Below are positions 11,601 to 22,500 of a stretch of DNA of 53,806 bases, one piece after another. A model generated the notes under the pieces. That model ran no database searches, had not been told where the DNA came from, and saw nothing but the letters and a program-made list of their open reading frames with translations. A program made the position numbers and the translations under genes. The number at the start of each line of letters is the position of its first letter. Position 1 is the first letter of the stretch. The stretch is taken from contig BLSG01000174.1 of assembly GCA_012862495.1 (NCBI GenBank), positions 7,890-61,695 on the forward strand, in the 5' to 3' direction. The stretch is from Thraustochytrium aureum (Eukaryota).

Positions 11601-11831
11601 AGAGGCCACCGCAACATAGTCGATCAACCTTGCGTGGCTTCCAGCAGCGCGCACCGGAGAGGTGCGACACTCGGAGCTCGTCGCGGCCCTTTGCACTGCC
11701 ATCGACCGCCATTTCGGCAAGAGCTGGCCCGAGTTGGCTTCAGTTCCTGCGGCCTTGCCCGCTGGCGCGGTTGGCTCTGTGGTTGCCCTCTTGGGCCGTG
11801 CTTCACGCTGCAAGGTCTCGTCAAGCACCAT
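8619..11831 (-). CDS. DENN-domain protein (putative Rab GEF) with internal PDZ-like domain
   Basis: uDENN: WRFPQVD..LFCFP..HSFVLTDSHG. cDENN: LLDQRVLLHA..ALCALLLPFRWNHTYVPYLP..LDSPGAFLIG..VLVHLD. dDENN-like: FRTAFL..TQAVATLVE. ATG at 11831 (MVLDETL). Confidence 0.88.
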   Translation of the reverse strand: MVLDETLQREARPKRATTEPTAPAGKAAGTEANSGQLLPKWRSMAVQRAATSSECRTSPVRAAGSHARLIDYVAVASRTLCKGERLVGPSDPDGVAVKWRFPQVDRPDDPWPSQTGLFCFPDSQEQDEHAKRHSFVLTDSHGVHKFGLALSLGADEEEESTVCLLTHWPYFTFLWGMLDALRDAFRAHNGSFDKLATEMVRLTPLPPPGCQVRVRVLDSTPAPLRSNSWEDCEQRAAPERHSPQRRSALGRLAMSRANNGDESTDIEYTSGENALGSPEVGEFDVEIEAKDPDESEREAMFLLRKCGADGLQKCERVARETDRLMEVNSPRRQRELHAGNRERTMSYVRPTEACLPHVDEACMQALVGSLSADNILTIVNGMLLDQRVLLHAHDATRIVQCAEALCALLLPFRWNHTYVPYLPSSLLAFLDSPGAFLIGVQTEALQQATSSDALASCVLVHLDFNRVVAPIEVCLPRAQQDAGLGSSSLPELPAQIVKPLLRNVERSLRRAACAGVSIAPPSSTTPSSDFGPEASSPLSEADLNVCAEFDDARQGLGADRGGWQSSSLDGARLGLGDLTSAQESALEAVLAPATQGRLRRPTACICLPSYILESRDARVTHTQRCETEMQRVQRDSAQASAERLPAQFVVHPVPFGPGDELTITFGSGLLPFSLKPWRCPSEGWFAAAAVDSADVLVIPSGSVVVAINDVCTSNLSFAETLAAVRAAGRPLTLRFAKVHTLPFRRPSDRWVDMFRTAFLVAVGQVAGPFYRHLKSKQAASTGYWKGLLRRAATIASGRIDHIAIQRQAQEHLRPYLAALAGTQAVATLVEDLGAAQGPGACSRDMGHIHCLSRLLGVVAALPSTVRGQSRDDLLWLLVRRLVNRNAWSPLFQLQAEYDLARPLPSLDAAHGARGCNVPSARTAELEVLTPASLPNLVPLASRKVAAVPSSLLVTHPSSTTLSAFMSPTSPVGGREQPCSASTLPKSLAALALLGTALRTVQDVEAPTLARGTQPARHRRLEGQLRLEVVASVRQELQSSTSMPPHCCSRCALEIGVSLWARLPRGNLGQR

Positions 11832-12870
11832 GGACCTCCACCGCGTATGGCTCGCCCCACGCTCTCTCCGACCGTCGGGCCCGTCGAGCTCGCTCGCACG
11901 CTGCGCATTTCTCTCGCAGCCCAGCGCGCTCTGGGCACAAGGTGTTAGCCCGCTTGCGCGTGAAGCGGGGCGGGGCGGCCGGCGTGTCCTTGCCGGTGCT
12001 GCTGGAGCTGCTGATGGCGTCGCGAATCGGGGTTCACCCGGCAGTGGTGGGGATCGGGTTGCGATTCGAATGGAGCTGCTGTGTCTTCTTTCGCCGTGTT
12101 GGTTCAGCGGTTGGCTGGCGAATGAAATGGTCGCCACATCGCGCTCGCAACGGCCCCAACACCTTTTTGATGGCGCGCCCAATTTATGCATGTAATGAAA
12201 CTCTTATCAATATTTTACTGCACAGATCTACTGGAAGTCCGTCCCAAACCGGTTGGAGAGGCTTCAGTAAATGGCGCAGAATGTACAAGACCGAACAGTA
12301 CTTCGGCCGACCAACCGTTGGGCCGTTCGCGCGCTGCTTGCGACGGCACGGCGCGGGCGGCTGCGCGGATCGAGGCGGTTGCGGGTCGGCTCGCACGCGC
12401 TGCTGCAGTGTTTGTCGAGACTCCAAGTTGCAACCGGTAGGTGGAGCGAGCACCACCTCGACAGAAACTGGTTTGGCAGTTGATCTGTTCTGATGGACAC
12501 AGCCATGGTGATTGATACTGGGCGAACTACGAACGGGGAAGAGCCTCGGGCAGTCTGTGACGGGACGGGCATCTCTGCGTGCGACGGAGGCCGCGTGCTG
12601 AAGAGCCCCCAGAACGCTACTACCTACCACATCTCTCGAGCGAGCGAGCTAAAGCGCTACGTGCCGGACTCGCAGCAAATCTCTGAAGATGGCCAAGTCG
12701 CCACCGGAGGGCACGGCCTGACACGAAACGTGAGTACTCGAGTACTTACGTGACAAACATGTTGGACGAAGATGATTTTTTGAGATTCGGGCTGCGCCAG
12801 GCCCAAACCATGACCGACGTGACCGAGCCGACAGGAAGAATCCTGGCGCCGCAGCGCTGCACAAAGCGAG

Positions 12871-14881
12871 TCAGGAATTGCGCCGCGATCGGACTGCAAT
12901 CGACGCAGCTACCAGGATCGCCGCGACCGACCCAAGCCCTCGCGCGACGGTGCGCACAAGCCGCGGGACAGACGGGCTGTGGTCGAGGTGCTCAACCACT
13001 TGACGAGGCGGAGGCGCGGAGGCCCGGAGCAGTACTTTGCGGCGCTGGGCGGCCATGGCTGAGCGGAGCGTGTCGATCATTTCGTGGGCCTCATCAAACA
13101 GGTTGGTCGACTCGGTGGGGTCGTTGTCGAGATCAAAAAGCTGAAACTCGCTGCTCAGCGGGGAGGAGCGCGTGAGCACAGTTCCAACTGGGCCGAGGTG
13201 CGCCAGCACAGAGTTGGACGAGTCGAGTATGGTGTACGTGTGGTTGATGTGCGGCGACGACCACTGCGCCGGGTCGTCAAAGAACTCGACCAACTTGAAG
13301 CGGCGGCCGTCCGAGTGGCGGTAAATGAGTGCCTGAACCGAGTTGCCCGTCCACGGCGCGTCAAAGAAGTGCAGCGGCAAAAACCAGCTCGCCAGCCCGC
13401 CCATGAGCCTGCGCAGCCCGCGAACCTGCTTTTCGCCGTAAAAGGGATTGTCACGTGAGAGAAAATAGACCGCCTCAGGTTCTGTCGCCGCGCCCGGCTG
13501 GGTCGCGTTCAGAATCACTGCTGAAAAGTCGCTCCCGGGCAGAGGGCGCACTTGCCCGTGCGTCTCCTCGAGGCGCTTTCTTGCTGCTTGCTGGTCGATG
13601 CCTGCGATCCCGAGCATGGTCGGGAGGAGGTCAAGGTGACTCGTGGGCGAGTTGAGGCAGGCGCTCCGTTGGGGAACAGACGCGGGTTTGAGATGACGAG
13701 CGGCACCCGCACAGTCTCTTCATAAGCATTGTGCCACTTCTCGATGGCGCCACCGTGAGAGCCGAGGAGCTCGCCGTGGTCGCTCGTAAAAATGATGACG
13801 GTGTTGCGAAAGAAGCGCGACTCGCGGAGCGCGTCGACGATGCGCTCGATGTGGCGGTCGACCACCTTTTGGAGGTAGTAGTAGAAGCAGGTCTCGTCGC
13901 GTTGTGACCAGAAGAGCCGCCGTTGCGCCAGGCTAAAGACTTGGTTCACAGCTGCTACGTACTCGCGAAAAAGGCTGGTGTGCTGGCGAGGTCTTCCTTT
14001 GCGGTTGGCGGTGGCGCGATGTTCTTAGGGCAGGTCCCGTCGTCTGTGGCCTCCTGGAAGAGCGCCCACAAGGAGGCTTGGAAAAGGCAGATGTCGTGTG
14101 GGTTCACAAGGTTGACGGCCACAAGCCAGGGGCGTTCGTCGTCGTCGTCATCGTCGTCGTCGTCGTCGTCGTCTCGTGTGCGGGCGCGCGGTAGCTCTGC
14201 TCTCTTGCGTAGCCACTCGACCACTTCGTCCGCGGCTTCGACGTCCCGCACTGTGCCTGTATTGTCAAAGTCTGTGCCGTGCGGCTCGGGGCCGCTCCAG
14301 CTATCAAAGCCAAACTTGCCAAGTTTGTTAGCGGCACGGTACCTGTTGCGGAGTTCAGTGTCTACGTTGCCGTCAGCGTCGCGCACCACCTTGGCGCGGC
14401 CGTCGACGCTGATGTCCTCGCTCGAGACGTGCCACTTGCCGAAATAGTGCGTATCGTACCCGCCCTGGCGAAAGTAGTCGCCCATCGTAGGGACCCACTT
14501 GGGCGCTAGCCAGGTGGCGCCCTCGTCGTCGGCCTGCTTGGCGAGCCCGGTCGTCGAATCAACGCCGTGCATGTCGACGTGATGCCCAGTGTACAAGCAG
14601 GCCCGCGACGCTGTGCAGGCCGCGCTCGCAATGTAGTGGTTGTCAAACACGACGCCATGTTCGGCAATCTTGCGACGTCCGGCAAAGTACTTGTCGCGGA
14701 ACTCGCGCAGCTCCTCCTGCTCCCACCGCGGCGCAGCGCGTTCCTGGTCGGTCACAATCAACAGAACATTTGGCCGTTCAAGCGGAGCTGCGCCGTCGCC
14801 CAGCGCCGCGGAGATGACGACCAGGAGAGCGCCCGCCGCAACGGCAGCCCGCCTCGCCCTTTCTCGTCCTTTGCGCGCCAT
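12871..14881 (-). CDS. Formylglycine-dependent (S1) sulfatase with N-terminal signal/anchor; two apparent frameshifts (~13960, ~13650)
   Basis: RPNVLLIVTDQ, the active-site motif CTASRACLYTG, GYDTHYFGKWH, NPHD, NTVIIFTSDHGE, YEETVRVPL and LFDLDNDPTESTNL are spread over three consecutive frames. Contains a poly-Asp tract. Confidence 0.9.
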
Positions 14882-15194
14882 CGCGCGCAGTTGACCCCTG
14901 GCCGCCGCAATGTCGAAGCGACGTGGCGCTTCCCACTGCCGCGCTCCCGGATCTCTTTCACCGACAAGCTGGCCGCGCGCGCTCAACGCTCAGGCAAGCT
15001 GCGGTCTCCTGCTGCAACGAGAGCTCCGAGTCGAGCGCCTTCGTTCACCAGTGCACCTCGACTTGCGCGTCCCTGTCCCCGCAAAGTCACTCTCGTAACC
15101 GTGGGACCCACTGAAGACGAGATTCTTGAGTGCTGTAGAATGAAAGGACAGCGGGAACCCGCGCAAATAACGATTCCGTAACGGCAAAATGTCG

Positions 15195-15243
15195 TGCCGG
15201 AATGCCACGAGGCTGTCGGATGCCGGAATGCCACGAGGCTGTC
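15195..15243. repeat. Short tandem duplication (~26 bp unit, 2 copies)
   Basis: tgccggaatgccacgaggctgtc occurs twice in tandem, upstream of the sulfatase. Confidence 0.8.
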
Positions 15244-16619
15244 CGAGGCAGGCCGGCCCGGGATCGAGAGGGCGTCCAAAATTGCTCCCGTGCTCTACAC
15301 GTGCGGGTGGGACGCACTGGCTGCGTACGCGGAGTTCATGGAGTCTTGAAGCAAGATCCGGATTTGGTGCAACCCATCGGTGGTGCAACCTCTGGGTGGT
15401 CGGCCTCTGGCTCCCCGCGGTGGAGACCGGAGGCGTTGCCAACCTTCCTGAGTCTTGCAGAGTTTTTTGCCATCCATGGCATCCATGCGGCCAACATGCG
15501 GCTACGCGACGCATCATCACCCAGGTCGACACGAAATGTCGTGGAAGCGTGACGACCGAAGATGATATTTCGGAAGCCTCGACACGGAGTCCGTTGCCCT
15601 GGCTGCCGCCGAATGCGCTGTAGATCGCGCAGCGCGGCAGCCGACGCCAGCAACGCCCTCCCTGTAGACGGATCCCAAGAGGTGATGCGCGCCATGCCAA
15701 CGCTTGCTTGCCGAGCTGCGCGCTGCAGATTCCTGCCAGTAACGCTGGCATCTCGCAGCCGCTGGTCTCTCTCTTCTCTAGCTAGTGCTCTAGCCCAAGA
15801 GAGGTCTGGCGCGAGCATCTACCGAGTCGAATGAGGTCTGAACCTGCTCGCGCGGTTGGACAAGCTCCTCCTCCTCCTCCTCCTCCTCCTCGTCGTTGCG
15901 GCCAATCTGCGACGCGGAGCGAACCCACAACCAGCCGCTGCGCNNNNNNNNNNNNNNNNNNNNNNNNNNNNNNNNNNNNNNNNNNNNNNNNNNNNNNNNN
16001 NNNNNNNNNNNNNNNNNNNNNNNNNNNNNNNNNNNNNNNNNNNNNNNNNNNNNNNNNNNNNNNNNNNNNNNNNNNNNNNNNNNNNNNNNNNNNNNNNNNN
16101 NNNNNNNNNNNNNNNNNNNNNNNNNNNNNNNNNNNNNNNNNNNNNNNNNNNNNNNNNNNNNNNNNNNNNNNNNNNNNNNNNNNNNNNNNNNNNNNNNNNN
16201 NNNNNNNNNNNNNNNNNNNNNNNNNNNNNNNNNNNNNNNNNNNNNNNNNNNNNNNNNNNNNNNNNNNNNNNNNNNNNNNNNNNNNNNNNNNNNNNNNNNN
16301 NNNNNNNNNNNNNNNNNNNNNNNNNNNNNNNNNNNNNNNNNNNNNNNNNNNNNNNNNNNNNNNNNNNNNNNNNNNNNNNNNNNNNNNNNNNNNNNNNNNN
16401 NNNNNNNNNNNNNNNNNNNNNNNNNNNNNNNNNNNNNNNNNNNNNNNNNNNNNNNNNNNNNNNNNNNNNNNNNNNNNNNNNNNNNNNNNNNNNNNNNNNN
16501 NNNNNNNNNNNNNNNNNNNNNNNNNNNNNNNNNNNNNNNNNNNNNNNNNNNNNNNNNNNNNNNNNNNNNNNNNNNNNNNNNNNNNNNNNNNNNNNNNNNN
16601 NNNNNNNNNNNNNNNNNNN

Positions 16620-17020
16620 CTGCTCCCGAAAGGCCCACCAAGCGCGCAGTGGTGCGCGCCCTGGTCGAATCGATCAACAGCGGAATCCAGCCCCTGCAAA
16701 ACTTTGCAGTCCTCGGCAAAGTGGAGGCCATCGGTGGCAGCAAGCTCGAGTGGGCCCACGACATGATCGACGCCGGGTTCGAGGCCCTTGAGCGCTCCCT
16801 CGAGCGCGTGCCGGGCCGAACTGAGCAGGACAAGTACTGCGTGGGCGACACGGTCACCCTCGCCGACCTTGCGCTTGTGCCGCAGGTCTACAATGCGAAC
16901 CGGTTCAACGTGGACATGACGAAATTCCCAATCATCAGCAAGGTGGAGGCCAACCTGCGCGAGCTCGAGCCCTTCATGCGGGCGCACCCGGACGTTCAGC
17001 CTGACGCAGCGGCGATTTAG
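16620..17020 (+). CDS. GSTZ1: Glutathione S-transferase zeta / maleylacetoacetate isomerase, C-terminal part (5' end in gap)
   Basis: KRAVVRALVESINSGIQPLQN (zeta-class GIQPLQN motif), YCVGDTVTLADLALVPQVYNANRF and AHPDVQPD. Confidence 0.92.
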
Positions 17021-17291
17021 CTACCATCGTCGTCGTCAAGATCGGCACCGTGCGGCATGCAGCTCATCTTTTTTTTAAAAAGCGAAACAGAGTTCCACCT
17101 CGCTCAGTCTCAAGAACGAAGAGGCGGCTGCAAGTTCGGCTGCAGACAATGCAGAGCCAAGTTGTTTACGGTCTTCCTTGTGCTATCTGGGTCGCGCGAG
17201 AGACTGCAACGCGCGAGAGACTGCAACACGCATAGACCCGGTCTTTTTAGCCACGGCCCGCGAGCCCTCCGGTCTCGCACAGCGCCAGGGT

Positions 17292-18350
17292 TTACTCGAT
17301 GATAGGGTCAACAAGCCACGAAGCCTTGCCCTTGAGCTTGGCGGCGACGAGCTTGGCCTTGGCAGCGAGGTTTTCTTTGGTGAAGCCAAAGTGCTCGTAG
17401 AGCGCGGGGCCGGGGCCAGAGGCGCCAAAGGTGTCCATGCCAATCTGGTAGTGGCTGTACTTTTGCCAGCCGAGCTTGGAGGCGGCCTCCACCGAGACCA
17501 CGGGCACGCCCTCCGGGAAGACAGACTTTTTGTACTCGACCGACTGCTTGTCAAAGAGCTCCGCGCAGGGCATGCTGACGACGCTGGCGGTGACACCGTC
17601 GGCTTTCATCAAGTTGGCAGCCTCAATGGCGATGTGCACCTCGCTGCCGGTCGCAACAAAGGTCACGTCAGGGCTGTCGGCCGGAAACACAATGTAGGCG
17701 CCCATGGCAACCTTGTCCACGTCCGAGTGCTCGAGGTTGGGCAGGCCCTGGCGAGTAAGAGCGAAGACGGACGGAGCGGTGGACATGTTGATGGCCACCT
17801 TGTACGAGCCCGACACCTCGTTGGCGTCCGCGGGGCGAAAGACGAACATGTTGGGGATCGAGCGCAGCGTGGCCAGCATGCCCCCGGCTGGTGCGTGGGG
17901 CCGTCCTCGCCGAGCCCGATCGAGTCGTGCGTCATGATGTAAAGCACGCGAAACTCCGAGAGGGCCGAGAGGCGCATCGCGCCGAGCGCGTAGCCCGCAA
18001 AGTTGAGGAAGGTCGCTCCGAACGGGATGACCCCGCCGTAGGCGGCGAGGCCGTTGCAGATGCGGACATGCCATGCTCGCGCACGCCAAAGCGCAAGTAG
18101 CGGCCCTCGGGCGAGGCGGCCTGAAAGTCGTGCGAGCACTTGAGGGCCGTGAGGTTGGAGCCCGTGAGGTCTGCGCTGCCGCCGATGATCTCGGGCAGCA
18201 CCTCGGCGCATGCGTTGAGGACGATGCCCGAGCTCTGGCGCGTCGCGAGCGCCTTGTCGGCTGGGGTCCACTTGGGCAGCTTGTCGGCCCAGTTCTCCGG
18301 CAGCTCGCCGCGGATCACGCGGCGCTCAAACTCTGCGGCCTTCTCGGGAA
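17292..18350 (-). CDS. TKT: Transketolase, C-terminal half (5' end in gap, two frameshifts)
   Basis: [28 protein letters not shown], the transketolase signature [33 protein letters not shown] and FGASGP. Confidence 0.96.
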
Positions 18351-18351
18351 A

Positions 18352-18389
18352 ATAACTTCGTATAATGTATGCTATACGAAGTTATTACG
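18352..18389 (+). other. loxP: loxP site within a Roche 454 Titanium paired-end linker remnant (assembly artefact)
   Basis: Exact ATAACTTCGTATA-ATGTATGC-TATACGAAGTTAT (18352-18385) followed by TACG, as in the Titanium linker. It sits at a contig end and truncates TKT. Confidence 0.97.
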
Positions 18390-19241
18390 NNNNNNNNNNN
18401 NNNNNNNNNNNNNNNNNNNNNNNNNNNNNNNNNNNNNNNNNNNNNNNNNNNNNNNNNNNNNNNNNNNNNNNNNNNNNNNNNNNNNNNNNNNNNNNNNNNN
18501 NNNNNNNNNNNNNNNNNNNNNNNNNNNNNNNNNNNNNNNNNNNNNNNNNNNNNNNNNNNNNNNNNNNNNNNNNNNNNNNNNNNNNNNNNNNNNNNNNNNN
18601 NNNNNNNNNNNNNNNNNNNNNNNNNNNNNNNNNNNNNNNNNNNNNNNNNNNNNNNNNNNNNNNNNNNNNNNNNNNNNNNNNNNNNNNNNNNNNNNNNNNN
18701 NNNNNNNNNNNNNNNNNNNNNNNNNNNNNNNNNNNNNNNNNNNNNNNNNNNNNNNNNNNNNNNNNNNNNNNNNNNNNNNNNNNNNNNNNNNNNNNNNNNN
18801 NNNNNNNNNNNNNNNNNNNNNNNNNNNNNNNNNNNNNNNNNNNNNNNNNNNNNNNNNNNNNNNNNNNNNNNNNNNNNNNNNNNNNNNNNNNNNNNNNNNN
18901 NNNNNNNNNNNNNNNNNNNNNNNNNNNNNNNNNNNNNNNNNNNNNNNNNNNNNNNNNNNNNNNNNNNNNNNNNNNNNNNNNNNNNNNNNNNNNNNNNNNN
19001 NNNNNNNNNNNNNNNNNNNNNNNNNNNNNNNNNNNNNNNNNNNNNNNNNNNNNNNNNNNNNNNNNNNNNNNNNNNNNNNNNNNNNNNNNNNNNNNNNNNN
19101 NNNNNNTACTATCTTCTGTCGTGCGACGAAGAGGTTGGTTGGCCTCTCTGTTGTGGCGGAGGGACTCGAGTGCTGCCGGCTCGGAGCAACAGTGTTTGAT
19201 TTCAATCAACGCAAGATCAATCGGGCGACTCGTGTGGCTTG

Positions 19242-19292
19242 GCTGGGTTTTCGCCTGCGCCTGGGTTTTCGCCAGTGCGCCTGGGTTTCGCC
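19242..19292. repeat. Three short direct repeats (ctgggttttcgcc) upstream of TKT
   Basis: ctgggttttcgcc twice plus ctgggtttcgcc, at ~18-20 bp spacing. Confidence 0.6.
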
Positions 19293-19554
19293 GGCGCAGG
19301 AGCTGTTGTTTGTGCGTGGCGCGGGACGGCCGCTTGTGCGACGCGGGATTTGATCGCGTGCGACGCACGATGCGACGCAGGATCGGGCGCAGGATTCGAG
19401 CAAGCTGCGCGCACAAGGGCGGCCAGCAAGCGCTGGCAGCGTGAAACGGAGGTGATACGCCTTTGGTCATTTGGTGGTGGCTGTATCTATCTATCTATCT
19501 GAGTATGTTCATCTTGATTGAAATCATTGCATCGCGTGTGGGCGGCTCGCCGTG

Positions 19555-22500
19555 CTAGGCCTTCTGCGTGTCGCGGATGATCATCTGGGCCGACCAGACA
19601 GAGTCGAAGAGCTCCCAGGCCGTGAGCGTGCTGAGCACGACTTCAAAGGCGTTGTCGCGCTTGATAAAATCAAAGGTGGAGCTGCCCGCGAGGCCTGTGG
19701 TCGTCTGCTTGAGGTCCGCAGGCTTGGCGCCGCCGAACCGGCGCGAGACGCGGCGCCCCAAGCTCTTTCCCTCCTTCTCGAGCTTGGACTTGGACATCTT
19801 CATCCAAAANNNNNNNNNNNNNNNNNNNNNNNNNNNNNNNNNNNNNNNNNNNNNNNNNNNNNNNNNNNNNNNNNNNNNNNNNNNNNNNNNNNNNNNNNNN
19901 NNNNNNNNNNNNNNNNNNNNNNNNNNNNNNNNNNNNNNNNNNNNNNNNNNNNNNNNNNNNNNNNNNNNNNNNNNNNNNNNNNNNNNNNNNNNNNNNNNNN
20001 NNNNNNNNNNNNNNNNNNNNNNNNNNNNNNNNNNNNNNNNNNNNNNNNNNNNNNNNNNNNNNNNNNNNNNNNNNNNNNNNNNNNNNNNNNNNNNNNNNNN
20101 NNNNNNNNNNNNNNNNNNNNNNNNNNNNNNNNNNNNNNNNNNNNNNNNNNNNNNNNNNNNNNNNNNNNNNNNNNNNNNNNNNNNNNNNNNNNNNNNNNNN
20201 NNNNNNNNNNNNNNNNNNNNNNNNNNNNNNNNNNNNNNNNNNNNNNNNNNNNNNNNNNNNNNNNNNNGTCGGCCCGGATGGCGTTGAAGAGCGTCTTGCC
20301 GTACGCGGGCGCGCGCTTGCAAATGTCGCAGTAGCGCTGGCGCAGCGCCGAGTCGCCGTCGCTGCCGAGGTCGACCATGTTGGCAATCGTCTTGGCCCAG
20401 ACCTGCACCGGCTTCTCGTCCAACGAAGCGCGCGGGATGTGGCGGCTGAGGCCCCGCTTGACGAGGTCATTCTCGTCCTCCAGGTCGAGGTCCTCGCCCG
20501 CCTCGAGCGCGAGAGAGATGGCGGCAAGCTCGGCAATGTCGTGGTCCGAGGTGATCACGATCGACCCGTTCTCCACGTCGTGTTGCAGCTGCTGGAACAG
20601 GTGCAAGTCGGCCTTGCCCTTGGTGGGCAAGAAGCGGCGCTTGAACACAAAGGTGGGCTCCCGGTGCTGCTTGGCCATCCGCGAAAAGACATCGCCAAGA
20701 AACGTCCAGTTCGGCAGGCTCCAGGCGATGCGCGGCGCGGGCCCGGTCGTCCTCTTCGCGTCCTTCGAGCGCAGCAGCTTGCCGGCGGCTCGCGCCACGG
20801 TGATCGGGAGCAGCAGGCCGGCGGGCTTGGCTCCGTTCGGGGCGAGGTTGCGCTTGGCGTTGTTGTCATACACCGGCTCCGCGCCGTACTGCTCGACCAG
20901 CTTCTCGAAGAGCTCGTCGTCGCGGCCCTGCCAGTGGGAGACGTACACCTCGACGTGCTTGAGCTTGGCGGGGTTCCAGAACTTGTAAAAGCGCACGAGG
21001 CGGTCGCGCAGCCCGTCGTTGTTGGTCTCCGCGCCGTCCTTGACGAAAATGGACCAGGCTTGCCGCTTGACCGCGTCGAGGATGCCGGTGGACTGGCGGA
21101 CCAGCTTGGTGACCACGTCGAGGCGCATGTCAGGCGACACGGGCAGCGTGACCACGGAGCCGTCGATGATCTGGATGCTAGCCAGCACCGGGGGTCGCTT
21201 CAGGTAGTGCCCGAGCTCCTCGAGGCTCGGCTTGTACTTGCAGGGGCCCATCTCAATCGTCGGTCCGAGCTGCGCCAAGCAGAGTCGCGCGTAGTTGCCC
21301 ACCAGGCTGGGCCGCGTCCGGTGCTCAAGCAGAAAGTACAGCAGGTACTTTTCAAACATCTCGGTCGGCGGAAAGTACTTTGTGCACGCGCACATGAGCA
21401 GCCAGGCGCGGTCCTCGCTCGCCTTCGAGTTGTTGCCCCGCAAGTGCTTGCAGAGCTGGATGTAGATCTCGTCTCCGACGCGCGGGTCGCAGAGGCCGCT
21501 GACGACGATGAACTGGGCCAGCCCAGCCGTGTTGGTGGACAGGGCGTCACCGCAGTACTGGAGCACGGCGCGGTTGCAGCGGACGGCGATGATGTTTTGG
21601 TCCTCGTCCACCTCGTGCAGCGACTTGGGGATGGGCGAGCGCTGGCTCCAGAGCTTGAGCGCGGCCTGCTGCTCCCGCTCGTCGTACGGGAACGATTCAG
21701 TGTAGTCGTCGTCGTCGCGGATCCTGTAGTAGTTGGTGAGCTCGTACAGCGAGGTGTGCTCGGCGTCCTCGAGCTTGGCGTGAAACTCCTTCGAGTCCAT
21801 CTTGTCGAGCCTCTCGCGCTCGAGGTCCTCCTGCTCCGAGGCAGTGGCGTAGCGCAGCAAGCTCATGCGCTTCTCGCGCATTTTGCGCTCGTCGATGCGG
21901 CTGAGCGCCATCTTGATCTTCTCCAAGGCACGGACCTCCTCGGCGACGCGCTGCGCGTTGGCCGTGACCATGCTCAGCGCCTGCGCCGCCAGGAGCGCGC
22001 GAAGCAAGGCGCTGTACGTGTTCTCCTCGAGGGCCTCCTCCAGCATGTCTTGAACCTCGAGCTGCTTGGTCATTCGGGCCAAAAAGTCTGCCGCACTGCG
22101 CACCTCCGGCTCGTTGAGCGGGGTGAGCTCGTTCTCTTCGGCCTCCGTCAGCGCGTCTTGAAGCGGCTCCAGGTCGCTCTCTACGATGCCGTCCAGGCTG
22201 CGACTCTTGGTCGCAAGGACGCCGACCTCGACCTTGAGCCGGTCGAGGAGGCCCTGTCGCATCTCGAGGCGGCGCCGGAGCTCCATGGCCGCCTCGACCA
22301 CCTCGCCCTTGGCCCCGAGCTCCTCAATCCGAATGCGGAGCGCGTTGAGCGCGTCAAGGTCGCGGGCGTCCATCGCAGCGCGGAGCTCCTCGTCGAGGTC
22401 CTCGAGCGCCTTCTTGCGCGCCTCGGACTCTTGGATGATCTTTTTCGTGATGCGCTGCGCCTTGACCACGGACGGGTGGTCTCCCGCGCCGAGGTCGACC

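Noticed and set aside
15336..15943. Possible minus-strand gene end with a poly-Glu run
   Set aside because: It is truncated by a gap, the frame is ambiguous, and the (CCT)n microsatellite alone explains the poly-Glu.
17292..18350. Pseudogenes or programmed frameshifting in TKT, sulfatase, GPCR, LRR and BPI-like genes
   Set aside because: Catalytic motifs are intact, the breaks are simple frame changes (some at short homopolymer runs), and pyrosequencing error explains them.
18352..18385. Natural Cre/lox system, P1 prophage or engineered knockout
   Set aside because: The trailing TACG and contig-end position match the 454 linker, and no recombinase or marker gene is visible.
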